DNA of 46,959 bases. It comes from Candidatus Thorarchaeota archaeon. Lineage in GTDB: Archaea; Asgardarchaeota; Thorarchaeia; Thorarchaeales; Thorarchaeaceae. Made by a program: the position numbers and the translations under genes. This document shows, piece by piece, positions 19,420 through 29,186 of the stretch; positions within the stretch are counted from its first letter, which is position 1; each line of letters opens with the position of its first letter. The notes under the pieces were generated by a model. The model did not search any database, was not told where the DNA came from, and saw only the letters and a list, made by a program, of their open reading frames with translations. The stretch spans positions 1 through 46,959 of the forward strand of contig SDNP01000025.1 of NCBI GenBank assembly GCA_004524445.1, in the 5' to 3' direction.

Positions 19420-20699
19420 TGGCTACGGATAGCATTAACATTGAGCATATAGCACGAGTAGAAGGACATGGCTCCCTCTACGTTACAACTGAAAATGGTG
19501 AACTTGTAGATGTAAAAATGTCTGTTGACGAGGGTGCCCGACTTTTCGAAGCATTTCTTGTTGGCAGAGAATACACAGAAGTCCCTGAGATGGCATGTAG
19601 AATTTGTGCAATTTGCAGTGCTTCTCATCGAGTTGTATCAACAAAAGCTGTTGAGAAAGCGATGGGGATAGAAGTGTCAAAGCAAGATGACGATCTTAGA
19701 CGACTCCTAGTATGGGGTGAATACATAGAATCTCATATCCTCCATGCACTCTATCTAGCCCTGCCAGACTATATTGGACATGAGAGTGTAATCTCAGCAG
19801 CGGCTGATTTTCCAGACGTCGTAAAAATAGCACTCAAGCTGAAGAAGCTCGGAAATGACATGCAAATTTTGCCCGGTGGCCGAGAAGTCCACCAAGTGAC
19901 TCCTATGGTTGGAGGGTTTAGTATATACCCATCCCATCAGGCTCTTGAGGCAATTCGTGATAGAGTTCAGAATGCACGAGCTGACTTGCAGACCTGTGTT
20001 GATGTGTGGGCAGGATTAGATGAGATTCCGTTCGAAAGGCAAACCGAATTTGTTGGCTTGAGAAGAGATGATGAATATGCTCTAGTAGATGGAGATCTTG
20101 CCTCCCTCGGTGGCATGAGAACCCCTGTAGAAGACTACAGAGAGTATATCAAAGAACGTATTCCTCCGTACAGCTTTGCCAAAGCCGGCGAGCTTGATGG
20201 CAAGGGGTTCTTCGTGGGTGCACTTGCTCGAATGAATATCAATAGGGACCTTCTGTCTCCATTCGCAAAGAAAGTTGTCGACCAATTAGGAATCGAGCTA
20301 CCTAATTACAACATATTCCTCAACAATGCGGCTCAACTCGTGGAAACTGCTCAAGTGTTTGATATGGCAGAAGATACAATCGATAGCCTATTGAAAAGCG
20401 ACTTGGAGTGGCATGAGCCTGAAACAGCACCAAAGGCTGGCAAAGGAACCCACATCACCGAAGCACCACGTGGCTCACTCGTTCATTCATACGAGTTTGA
20501 TAGTGATGGTCTTTTGAAGAAGGCAGATATCATAACCCCTACTGCAATGAACTATACCAATTTGGAAGAGGATGTTCGGGCCTTTTACCCACAAATCAAA
20601 AACGGTAGCAGAGATGAGATTATGCTTAATTTGAACCGCTTGATTAGGGCATACGATCCTTGTATCAGTTGTTCGTGCCATCTCGCAGAGATAGAATAG
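19419..20699 (+). CDS. hydA: Group 3b [NiFe] hydrogenase large (alpha) subunit
   Basis: RVEGHG, L1 RICAIC, EAPRG, L2 DPCISCSCH with a 5-aa C-terminal extension; TAATG overlap with hydD. Confidence 0.95.
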   Translation: MATDSINIEHIARVEGHGSLYVTTENGELVDVKMSVDEGARLFEAFLVGREYTEVPEMACRICAICSASHRVVSTKAVEKAMGIEVSKQDDDLRRLLVWGEYIESHILHALYLALPDYIGHESVISAAADFPDVVKIALKLKKLGNDMQILPGGREVHQVTPMVGGFSIYPSHQALEAIRDRVQNARADLQTCVDVWAGLDEIPFERQTEFVGLRRDDEYALVDGDLASLGGMRTPVEDYREYIKERIPPYSFAKAGELDGKGFFVGALARMNINRDLLSPFAKKVVDQLGIELPNYNIFLNNAAQLVETAQVFDMAEDTIDSLLKSDLEWHEPETAPKAGKGTHITEAPRGSLVHSYEFDSDGLLKKADIITPTAMNYTNLEEDVRAFYPQIKNGSRDEIMLNLNRLIRAYDPCISCSCHLAEIE

Positions 20700-20710
20700 A
20701 GAAGCTTTGA

Positions 20711-20752
20711 AAGAGCTCCTATATTTGGAGCTCTTGCTTTCTTACTTTTTTT
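20711..20752 (+). terminator. Hairpin plus T-tract after the hydrogenase operon
   Basis: AAGAGCTCC-tatattt-GGAGCTCTT followed by a pyrimidine/T7 run. Confidence 0.7.
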
Positions 20753-20888
20753 CAGTGTTTACCCCTTGTGGAATCTGATATCACCGGCTAGGATTTCTTT
20801 GACCTGCATCTTCACAGGCATCGGGGAAACCCTTTTGTCCACTGATGTACAAACGAGGAAGTCAACAGGTTGATGAGATGTTATACCC

Positions 20889-22502
20889 ATGACGCGGCAA
20901 ACACCACGATTATTCATGATAGGTTTAGCAGGATTCTTCGTACTCATACTTTTTAGCTCTGTGACCCTCACTTCTGCCCAATCCTTTGGTGATAACTGGG
21001 TCGAAGACTCCCGATTGCATATCTATTTGGAGTTTGACAACCGGCCGATTGTTACTGCGGGAGAGTCCAATCCAATTATCATTAATCAAGAGGAACCCAT
21101 GACACTATACCTGCAGCTCAACGTAACAAATGATGTGCCTTTAAACATCTCAGGACAAATTTGGTTTTACTACAATGGCATTGCTGTATTTCCCTTAGAA
21201 GTGCGAGCTCCTGGGAGTAATTCCTCTTGGCTAGTTCTGCCCCATGATTATCCTATTCCTGGAGTTGCTGCTGATCTCAACATGGGTGAGCTATTGAGTG
21301 TGGCAGGTATTCCGATTTCTACGGGAATTTTCCAAGTATCTCTCAATTTCTCATATTACGAGATGGACTCTACTGATGCCTCAAGAAGTAGTGTCCTGCA
21401 TACGCTGGGTACTCAATTCTACGTTTCCATTCCACCTGAATCTATCATTGATGTGATAACTACTCCTGCGGGTGCAGCTGCAACCGTTGCTACGATTGGA
21501 GCAGTTACAGGTCTTGGAAAAGGAATCTGGACTATCTTAGATGGAATTCAGACAGCTCATAAAGTGCGGAGCATCCAAAAGAAAGCGTCGGAAATACGTT
21601 CACTTCCAAATCTTACTGTTCTCGGTGCACTCCCAGCTCTTTTTGCTATAGTAGCAGGAATGACCAAACTGAAGAAGAAAAAAAGTAAAGAAGAAGACAC
21701 CGAAAGTGATGCCGAGAAAGAGCAAAGGGAGAAGATTAGTGAATATCGGCTTCGTCAGCGGTTAAGAGAAGTCGCACCGGAGTCATGGCCTCAGGAAAAA
21801 TGTCCCAATTGCCTGAGAAAATGGAGCAAAGACAAGGCATTCTGCAAGAAGTGCAATCTGGATACGGAGAGCGCAAAGAGAGCATATACAGAAGTACTTC
21901 TTGATAAGGTAGAACCATCACTAAAACTGCTCAATAAAAAGAAATCCATCTCCGTGCGTAAGCTTGCCAAGAAGACCAAATCGAACGAATATAACGCAGG
22001 TGTTGTGGCCGCCGCAATGGTAGATGTTGGTCTAACAGAAGTTTCCAAGGTTGAAACACCCATCAAGAGCTTTGTTCTAAATGTTGGTGGTCTTCTTTTC
22101 TTGGTGTTGACTTGGCAGCAGTTGTTGGGTGGTGCGGCTAGTCAATGGCAGACAACTCTAACCATAGTCGGGGCTGGCATGTCTCTAGCTGTCATAGTGG
22201 CACTGTTCTTCGCTAGGAGAACACAAGTGAAGAAATTGAGAGCAGAGATCGAGCTCGATGATATGGATGGCGACACGTCGTTTGAAGAACTACCACCACC
22301 AGAGCAAAAACCTGCTGAAGAAAATGATATGCGCGATATGAGTGGACAACCCCAAATGGATAGTGAGCTTAAAGAAGACGAATCCGATTTGGAGTTGCAA
22401 CCCTCTTATGAGCAGGAGCATCACCCTTCGCCTGATGATCAGTCAGAAGAACCCGAGCGTGAGTCATTAACTCCTGAGGAACTTGAAAAGGAAAAGAAGT
22501 AA
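20889..22502 (+). CDS. Hypothetical multi-domain membrane protein (signal peptide, beta-rich ectodomain, zinc ribbon, HTH-like region, TMs, acidic tail)
   Basis: N-terminal hydrophobic signal, CPNC...CKKC, two C-terminal TMs, E/D/P-rich tail; 537 aa. Confidence 0.8.
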   Translation: MTRQTPRLFMIGLAGFFVLILFSSVTLTSAQSFGDNWVEDSRLHIYLEFDNRPIVTAGESNPIIINQEEPMTLYLQLNVTNDVPLNISGQIWFYYNGIAVFPLEVRAPGSNSSWLVLPHDYPIPGVAADLNMGELLSVAGIPISTGIFQVSLNFSYYEMDSTDASRSSVLHTLGTQFYVSIPPESIIDVITTPAGAAATVATIGAVTGLGKGIWTILDGIQTAHKVRSIQKKASEIRSLPNLTVLGALPALFAIVAGMTKLKKKKSKEEDTESDAEKEQREKISEYRLRQRLREVAPESWPQEKCPNCLRKWSKDKAFCKKCNLDTESAKRAYTEVLLDKVEPSLKLLNKKKSISVRKLAKKTKSNEYNAGVVAAAMVDVGLTEVSKVETPIKSFVLNVGGLLFLVLTWQQLLGGAASQWQTTLTIVGAGMSLAVIVALFFARRTQVKKLRAEIELDDMDGDTSFEELPPPEQKPAEENDMRDMSGQPQMDSELKEDESDLELQPSYEQEHHPSPDDQSEEPERESLTPEELEKEKK

Positions 22503-22650
22503 CTTTAGAACAAAAATGATAACGTTCCTTCCTCACCAGATACGATGCCGTAGTGTTAAGTATCAACCTGTAAAAAACTGACTATCGTTCATGGGCAATT
22601 AGAAACAGTGAATAGGGACTTTTTTTCGAGATGTAAGTGAGGAATAAAGA

Positions 22651-24012
22651 ATGATTCGGAAGATTGCAGTCATCGGTTGCGGTGCAGCTGGTGCAACTGC
22701 CGCAATGCAAGCTAGGAAACACGATAGAAAAGCGGAGATCACGGTGTTTAACAGAGAGCAGTACTCTCAATACTCACGATGTGGCCTCCCGTATACTATC
22801 TCTGGAAAAGTCCGAGAGTTCGAAGACCTCATCTTAATGCCACTTGATAATTGGGATATGTTGAAAATTGATGCCAAATTGTCCACGAATGTCACCAGCA
22901 TTGATCATGATGCGAAAGAATTGGAATATGAAGACGAATCGGGCAAAGGCACATTGGAATATGACGCAATCATTTTCGCGACTGGCGCGGAGAATGCTGA
23001 CCCTCCAATCAAGGGTTTGGATAAGAACCGGGTCTATGGGCTTAGAACTATTGACGATGCGAAGATGCTAGCGAAAGAGGCTGAAAATGCCGAGAAGATA
23101 GTTGTTATCGGTGGAGGCCTAGTTGGAATGGAAACCGCTGAAGCATTCGTTGAGCGCGGCTTAGATGTAACTGTTGTAGAGTTCCTTCCAAATTGCCTCC
23201 TGGCCATGGTTGACCCTGACATAGCAGATATCATAGAAGAGCATTGCAAAGGGCATGGCCTCAAGATTCTTACGAACACTGCTGCGCAAGAAATAGTTGG
23301 TGATAAAGAACCGAGTGGAGTAATCGTCAAAAACCGAGAATCTGGTGAGGAAAGCGAAATTCCCACTGACGCAGTTGTGGTCGCAACTGGAGTGCGTGCC
23401 ATAACAGAATTAGCTGAGAGCATCGGAGTCGAGATTGGCCCAACAAAAGCAATTAAAACGAATGAGAAGATGCAGACCAACCTGGAGGATGTCTATGCTG
23501 TTGGTGACTGCGCGGAAAACCTCGAATTTATCACCCGTAATCCAATCACCATGGGCTTGGGAACAATTGCCGTACGGGAAGGAAGAGTTGCTGGGATCAA
23601 TGCTGCCGGTGGGGATGTAACTTTTCCAGGAATTGTGGGTGCAAAAGTGACGAAGCTATTTGGCCTTGAAATCGCTAGTACTGGGATGACTGACAGTCTG
23701 GCCGAAAAACTGGAAGTGCAAGTGAAGAAAGGCTCAATCAAGGGACTAACAAAACCTCCCTACTATGTTGGTGGAAAGGACATTAAGGTCAAAACATATT
23801 TCCGCAAGGAAGATGGAAGACTGGTGGGCGGTCAGCTAGTGGGTGTTGAAGACGCCGCTATGAGACTTAATGTCATAACAATCGGTATTCAAAACGATGT
23901 GGATGTTGCTGAATTCTTTGATTTCGAGAACTGTTATGCTCCCGCTATTTGTGATACCTGGGACCCACTCGTTCAATCAGCAGATGCTGCAAGACGAAGA
24001 CTGCGGATGTAG
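22651..24012 (+). CDS. CoA-disulfide reductase / NADH oxidase family flavoprotein
   Basis: GCGAAG, redox Cys YSRCGLPY, ATGA, GGGLVGME, YAVGDC, C-terminal YAP. Confidence 0.9.
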   Translation: MIRKIAVIGCGAAGATAAMQARKHDRKAEITVFNREQYSQYSRCGLPYTISGKVREFEDLILMPLDNWDMLKIDAKLSTNVTSIDHDAKELEYEDESGKGTLEYDAIIFATGAENADPPIKGLDKNRVYGLRTIDDAKMLAKEAENAEKIVVIGGGLVGMETAEAFVERGLDVTVVEFLPNCLLAMVDPDIADIIEEHCKGHGLKILTNTAAQEIVGDKEPSGVIVKNRESGEESEIPTDAVVVATGVRAITELAESIGVEIGPTKAIKTNEKMQTNLEDVYAVGDCAENLEFITRNPITMGLGTIAVREGRVAGINAAGGDVTFPGIVGAKVTKLFGLEIASTGMTDSLAEKLEVQVKKGSIKGLTKPPYYVGGKDIKVKTYFRKEDGRLVGGQLVGVEDAAMRLNVITIGIQNDVDVAEFFDFENCYAPAICDTWDPLVQSADAARRRLRM

Positions 24013-24077
24013 GTTGGATAATGAGCCAAATCGAGAGATATTGGCTCTTTTATCCTTGTTTTCTGTGAGATTCTCAG

Positions 24078-24548
24078 TCATCGGATAACTGTGATGTTGT
24101 CCAGTACATATTGGAATGAACTCACTTGGGTTGGTGAGCTCGGAATAAGTAGTATCCTCTCAATCTCTGTATCGCTTTTCGAATGGTCGAAAATTGCTTT
24201 TCCTATTTCTTCTGCAATTTCCCAACTTGGCACATGTCCGGCCTCAAGCCCAAACGTGAGAATCCCGACATCTGACTGGAATAACCTATCAGCCTTCCTG
24301 AGGGCTTTCATGGTCGTCTTGAAGATTTTTTCTCTTCGATTTGGGTCCTGCATGGTTACTTTCGGCCAGTATTCAACATTCTCCGCTGTTTCCACTTCTT
24401 GTATTGAAATTCCAAGTGTTGATTTCTGACTAGAAGTGAGCCCTGCATCAAGGGAGGTCTCTTCTGACTTTACGATGAATCCTAAGTTGTTTTTTTCATA
24501 GGGACCCATCTCGATAGATACGTGGATATCATCGAAAAGCCATTCCAT
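24078..24548 (-). CDS. Degenerate macro-domain-like protein
   Basis: C-terminal half (KALRKADR..VGILTFGLEAGHVPSWEIAEEI..IERILLI) parallels the upstream macro protein; the NAAN and GAGVAGA motifs are absent. Confidence 0.55.
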   Translation of the reverse strand: MEWLFDDIHVSIEMGPYEKNNLGFIVKSEETSLDAGLTSSQKSTLGISIQEVETAENVEYWPKVTMQDPNRREKIFKTTMKALRKADRLFQSDVGILTFGLEAGHVPSWEIAEEIGKAIFDHSKSDTEIERILLIPSSPTQVSSFQYVLDNITVIR

Positions 24549-24554
24549 CTTTTT

Positions 24555-25049
24555 TCAACTCTTGATGATTCGTTCTATTATTTTATACGCATTGTCACTA
24601 TAGCCCACTAAGAAAACTCTTTGCACTGACAAGTCTTCTTCTTGTGATTCTATTCCTTCCAATATTGCTCGGATTGATTCTTCGGTGGATAGGCCTCCAA
24701 CGCCTGCACCAATTGCTGGAAAGGCTATGGATTGAACTCCATTCTGACTTGCGAGGTTCATTGCATGTTTCACTGAAAACTCTACATTCACTACTGTCGC
24801 TCTTCCTCCAGGTGGCATTCCAGCTGCATGAATCACGTATTTTGCAGGCAGATTACCAGCAGAAGTTATTACCGCCTCTCCCGGTCTGACAGGTCCTTGT
24901 TCCATTGCTTCTTTCTCAATACTGTCTCCACCTTTCCGCTTGATAGCTCCAGCGACTCCAGCTCCCATCCAGAGATCTGAATTAGCCGCGTTAACAATGG
25001 CGTCAACCTCTAGTTCTGTTATGTCCCCTTTATGTGAAACTATCTCCAT
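24555..25049 (-). CDS. Macro domain protein (ADP-ribose binding/hydrolase, MacroD-like)
   Basis: GDIT, AIVNAAN, GAGVAGAI, VIHA, IAFPAIGAGVGG. Confidence 0.93.
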   Translation of the reverse strand: MEIVSHKGDITELEVDAIVNAANSDLWMGAGVAGAIKRKGGDSIEKEAMEQGPVRPGEAVITSAGNLPAKYVIHAAGMPPGGRATVVNVEFSVKHAMNLASQNGVQSIAFPAIGAGVGGLSTEESIRAILEGIESQEEDLSVQRVFLVGYSDNAYKIIERIIKS

Positions 25050-25240
25050 TGGAATTCACAACTGAATAGGCCACTCGTCATCTCTGTCTCATTGATTAGC
25101 CGTTATTATATGAAAAACATTTTCCCACTCCAAAAACCCTATCTTTGAAATGTGCTGCTTAATGCTGGGCGACAAAGCTGACTGGCATTCCTCAAGATGA
25201 ATACGCTGCTCTAGTAGAGAAATATGGTTCTCCCAGGCAA

Positions 25241-25756
25241 TTGGATTTCGAGGCGGATTTCCAAGATTTTGAATGTGAACTGGTTGAGAAGAGTGCTGCG
25301 AGAGGAAGACAACATGACATAACATGCTTCATTCCCAAGGATGGAGGCTATGTAACGATACAGAAGCATGATTACGCCAATACCGGCATCTTTCGTGCCC
25401 CTTCTGGTGGAGCAAAATCAAATGAATCAATTGAGGATGCTGCAGTGCGTGAAATGAAAGAAGAAACTGGATATGACGTCAAGTTAAATCGGTTTGTGCT
25501 TGACCTCAAATTGGATGTCGTATGTCGTTCCCGAAGTATCATATGGCGGTCTCTCGTATTTCTTGCTGATATCGTTGGCGGTCAAATGAAACCGATTGAT
25601 ACGCGTGAAATATACGATGTTAAAATTTCTTCTAGAGAAGAAATGCTCGGCCCCATCGCAGACAAAATGGAGAAGTCGGGTTGGGGTGGATTTGAGTATA
25701 GAGCCTTCCTAACAAAGAAATTCTTCTCCGCACTTGATAGAAATATACGAAAATAA
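25241..25756 (+). CDS. NUDIX hydrolase
   Basis: Nudix box GGAKSNESIEDAAVREMKEETG. Confidence 0.88.
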   Translation: MDFEADFQDFECELVEKSAARGRQHDITCFIPKDGGYVTIQKHDYANTGIFRAPSGGAKSNESIEDAAVREMKEETGYDVKLNRFVLDLKLDVVCRSRSIIWRSLVFLADIVGGQMKPIDTREIYDVKISSREEMLGPIADKMEKSGWGGFEYRAFLTKKFFSALDRNIRK

Positions 25757-25782
25757 GAATAGAAGGCCGAAGCTTGCAGCCT

Positions 25783-26745
25783 TCAGAAGTCCGGGGCCAT
25801 AGTGATGTTTAGCTCTCGGACAAGTTCTTTGTATCTGTTCCGTACTGTTACTTCTGTCACACCTGCAGTGGATGCTATTGCTCTTTGAGTGACTCGATTG
25901 TCAGTTAGAATGGATGCCACATAGATGGCTGCGGCGGCTAGGCCTCTTGGGTCTCTGCCTGTAACCAATCCGTGTTTCTTCTTCGCATTTTCGAGTATCT
26001 CCAGAGCCTTGTGCTGTATCGCTGCCGGTAAGTCAAGATCTGTCACAAATCGTGGTACATATTTCTCGGGGCCCGGAATGGGCATTCTGATTTTCAACTT
26101 CATTACAAGCTGACGGTAACTAGCACCAACTTTCTTCTTGGAAACTCTAGACTGTCTGGCAATTTCCTCAAGTGATCGAGGCGATTCTCTGAGTCTGCAC
26201 GCTGCATAGACTGCAGCTGCAACTAGTGCATCGATTGATCTGCTTCGTACAAGTCGCTTCACAATCAATTTTCTGTAAAGCATCGCGGCAAGCTCTTTGA
26301 TGCCATCCGCAAGGCCGAGTTGTGATGCGATTCGGTCAAGCTCGGTCATGGCTTGAGCAAGATTCCTGTCTACAGAGCTGTGAACTCTGGACCTGATTTG
26401 CCACTTACGAAGTCGATATATTTGTGCTCTTTGTTTTGCTGAAAATCTCCGTCCTGAAGAATCTCTGTCTCTCCAGTCGATCATTGTGGAGAGACCTTTG
26501 TCATGGATAGTGTAATTCGTCGGAGCACCAGTTCGTGCCCTTGAATTTCTTTCTTCAGTGGTAAAAGCTCTCCATTCTGGCCCGTGGTCTATCCTATGTT
26601 CATCCAAGACAAGTCCGCAAGTTCCACAGATAACCTCTCCCTTTTCGCTATCCCGGACGAGGTCTTCACCGCCACATTCCGGACATGTGGTCCTCACTTT
26701 ATCTTGTTTTGCTTTTTCTTTTTTTGTGTCGCCACTGGATGCCAT
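25783..26745 (-). CDS. tfb: Transcription initiation factor IIB (TFB)
   Basis: Zn ribbon CPECG..CGTCG, B-reader GPEWRAF, HDKGLST, two cyclin repeats, VTEVTVRNRYKEL; likely ATG 26745. Confidence 0.96.
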   Translation of the reverse strand: MASSGDTKKEKAKQDKVRTTCPECGGEDLVRDSEKGEVICGTCGLVLDEHRIDHGPEWRAFTTEERNSRARTGAPTNYTIHDKGLSTMIDWRDRDSSGRRFSAKQRAQIYRLRKWQIRSRVHSSVDRNLAQAMTELDRIASQLGLADGIKELAAMLYRKLIVKRLVRSRSIDALVAAAVYAACRLRESPRSLEEIARQSRVSKKKVGASYRQLVMKLKIRMPIPGPEKYVPRFVTDLDLPAAIQHKALEILENAKKKHGLVTGRDPRGLAAAAIYVASILTDNRVTQRAIASTAGVTEVTVRNRYKELVRELNITMAPDF

Positions 26746-27129
26746 GTTTCTACATCTCTCTCCTTGTCTTCTGCGGCTATGACTCCGACCAGCGTGTTTT
26801 GCCATCACTCGAAGACATGTTCCGCACATAAGTTGGAATTAATCAGGATAATTGGCTCATGGTCTAACCTCTTGTCACTAAAATACAAATGAGTGGCACG
26901 AGAATGTTCGCACAGCTGGCAATTACCCCTTCAGGTTCCGCTACATTTATATGGTTTGCCGGAACGCTTATAAATCTTTGTATTTCGTTGTGCCAAATAC
27001 AATATCAGCTACTGGAACCTTTCTCCCCAACAAACAAATGTATGAATCAAATGAATTTAAGTTTAATGGGTGGAGTTTTTCCAGCATAATTTCAACAGCA
27101 TTCATTAACACTCATTGTGGTATTATCAA

Positions 27130-27396
27130 CTATTTACGTTGTTTTACCACTTGCTTTCCTCGCTCAGTCACATAGTATGTTACACTACTACCCTCCTCAT
27201 GACAGGTACCAGCCATTGGACAGCCCGCACATTTTGGATCACCAGTTGGAGTAACCTCTTGCCTTAAGTAGCCTCTTTCAACCAATAGACGTAGGACGTC
27301 GTCAAGTGTCTCAGGTTGAATACCCACTTCTTTGGCAATTTCCTTCTTGTAGACCATCTCATTATCTATGATTATTTTCAGAACATCAAAGATCAT
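27130..27396 (-). CDS. FeoC-like winged-helix protein with Cys cluster
   Basis: HTH (KKEIAKEVGI..LVERGYL), CAGCPMAGTC, YYVTERG; last gene of the feo operon; ATG at 27396. Confidence 0.72.
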   Translation of the reverse strand: MIFDVLKIIIDNEMVYKKEIAKEVGIQPETLDDVLRLLVERGYLRQEVTPTGDPKCAGCPMAGTCHEEGSSVTYYVTERGKQVVKQRK

Positions 27397-27868
27397 GTGT
27401 ATCAACTCGATTTTCCATTTTTTCTGTTGTATCTGAATGCCAAAAGACTGCCGCAAACATCACTACGACAATGGGGAATGTCCAAAGAGTTGGCTCGATA
27501 TCCATCACTACAGACCAACTTTGCCAATCCTCAAATGACAAGACCCATCCTAACGCATTTGTCAGAAGAATAGTGAGCTTCAACAAGAATAGAAGAGCTG
27601 AGAGTAGGAGTCCAGCAGTTGGATATGCGATGGCCTGTTTTTGCCTAAGTCTGAGAGCTGAAACACCACTGAGAAAGACTGCTGCTAAAACTAGTAGCAC
27701 GAATATCGTGACTAGATCCGGTGTAAGAAACCATAAACTGACTATTCCCATGAATTCTAGAATCTGCATAACAGCAGCAGTGACATAGAGGAGACCCGCG
27801 GCAGAAGAAATTACCGCCATCAACCGCGGCTTCTTCGAGAGCATATTTATGTCCAGATTTCTAACCAA
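27386..27868 (-). CDS. Hypothetical 4-TM membrane protein in the feo operon
   Basis: Hydrophobic ORF overlapping feoB and the feoC-like gene. Confidence 0.75.
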   Translation of the reverse strand: MVRNLDINMLSKKPRLMAVISSAAGLLYVTAAVMQILEFMGIVSLWFLTPDLVTIFVLLVLAAVFLSGVSALRLRQKQAIAYPTAGLLLSALLFLLKLTILLTNALGWVLSFEDWQSWSVVMDIEPTLWTFPIVVVMFAAVFWHSDTTEKMENRVDTHDL

Positions 27869-29186
27869 ACAGAAAACCTCCTATTGACACCACTGCGAGG
27901 GCCATAAAATACGCCAAAAACGTTTGATAGACAAAAGAAAATATTGTCCATTTCCATGATCCCGTTTCTGACTTTATGACCGCCATTGTCGCTATGCAGG
28001 GGATATATAGCAAAACAAAGACCATTAAAGCAAAAGCCGAAACTGGGCTCATCAAAGCTAGCAATGAAGCCTGAATTGCACCTTGCCCTTCAACTGCGAG
28101 GATTATGGCTAGTGATTGCACAACTACTTCCTTAGCCAAGAGCCCAAAAATCAGTGCAGCAACTATTTGCCATTCAAACCCCAGTGGTGCAAATATTGGT
28201 GCTACATATCTTCCCATAATGCCAATAAAAGAATCTGCAATCGGAACCCCATATCCCGCTGGACCGAATGAAGAGAGAGCCCAAATTATGATGCTACCAA
28301 TGAGGAGGTATGTGCCTGCTCGTTTTAGAAACATGACTCCTCTCTCCCACATGTGTCGGAATGAGCCATGGACTGTGGGCATTTGGTACATGGGCAGCTC
28401 CATCACCAATGGAGAGATTTCATCCTTCAGAGCAGTATGTTTCAGAAGGAATCCAATAATTACAGCCATCACTATCCCAAGGATATACAGTAGAAAAACA
28501 ACCGTGCCTGCCATTGATGGGAAGAAGATACCAGCAATCAGTACATAGACAGGAAGTCGTCCCGCACATGACATCAGGGGCGCAATGAGAATTGTTGTCA
28601 GTCTATTGGAGCGTCCCTCTACCGTTCTGGAACCCAGTACAGCTGCAACACTGCAGCCAAATCCCAATAAAAGGGGAATGAATGATCTACCATGCAGACC
28701 CATCTTAGTCATCCAGCGATCCATTACAAATGCTGCTCGAGCAAGGTATCCTGTGTCCTCAAGAACAGATATTGCCAAATACAGGAGGAATATGGGTGGA
28801 ATGAAAGTGAGGATAAAACCAACACCTCCAACGACTCCGTCAGTCACTAGAGATGCCAACCATGGGATAGGTATCTGTGATGTATAAGTGGATATCCATG
28901 CAAAAACTGCTTCAATCATTGCCATGAAAACCAATGAGACCTGGAATGTGAAATGAAACATTGTCCACATTACAACCAAGAAAACAGGTATTCCTAGATA
29001 CCGATGAAGAAATACCTCATCCAAAAGGTCACTGATATTCCATTTTTCTTCTCCAGGTTCGTAGACCTCGCAAAGAATGTCACCTATTATCTCGTACCGT
29101 TGATCTGCTAGAATGAGTTGAGGGTCCACATAGTCGGAGGGTTCCTCTAATGCTTCCTCCACATCTAGGTCTTCAAATGATTTCAG
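27861..29186 (-). CDS. feoB: Ferrous iron transporter FeoB, membrane (Gate/C-terminal) part
   Basis: LEDTGYLARAAF, GFGCSV, MSCAGRLPVY, MELP, AKEVVV, LYIPC; start either GTG 29162 or in-frame CTG 29186 behind GGAGGTGA. Confidence 0.92.
   Translation of the reverse strand: MKSFEDLDVEEALEEPSDYVDPQLILADQRYEIIGDILCEVYEPGEEKWNISDLLDEVFLHRYLGIPVFLVVMWTMFHFTFQVSLVFMAMIEAVFAWISTYTSQIPIPWLASLVTDGVVGGVGFILTFIPPIFLLYLAISVLEDTGYLARAAFVMDRWMTKMGLHGRSFIPLLLGFGCSVAAVLGSRTVEGRSNRLTTILIAPLMSCAGRLPVYVLIAGIFFPSMAGTVVFLLYILGIVMAVIIGFLLKHTALKDEISPLVMELPMYQMPTVHGSFRHMWERGVMFLKRAGTYLLIGSIIIWALSSFGPAGYGVPIADSFIGIMGRYVAPIFAPLGFEWQIVAALIFGLLAKEVVVQSLAIILAVEGQGAIQASLLALMSPVSAFALMVFVLLYIPCIATMAVIKSETGSWKWTIFSFVYQTFLAYFMALAVVSIGGFLFG

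Noticed and set aside
9545-20699. Selenocysteine (in-frame TGA) in the hydrogenase or CCG protein, as in some Asgard selenoproteins
   Set aside because: All ligand positions are ordinary Cys codons and the ORFs are uninterrupted
26830-27129. Possible ncRNA or small gene in the AT-rich gap upstream of tfb
   Set aside because: No convincing stem-loops or coding signal; consistent with promoter and terminator DNA
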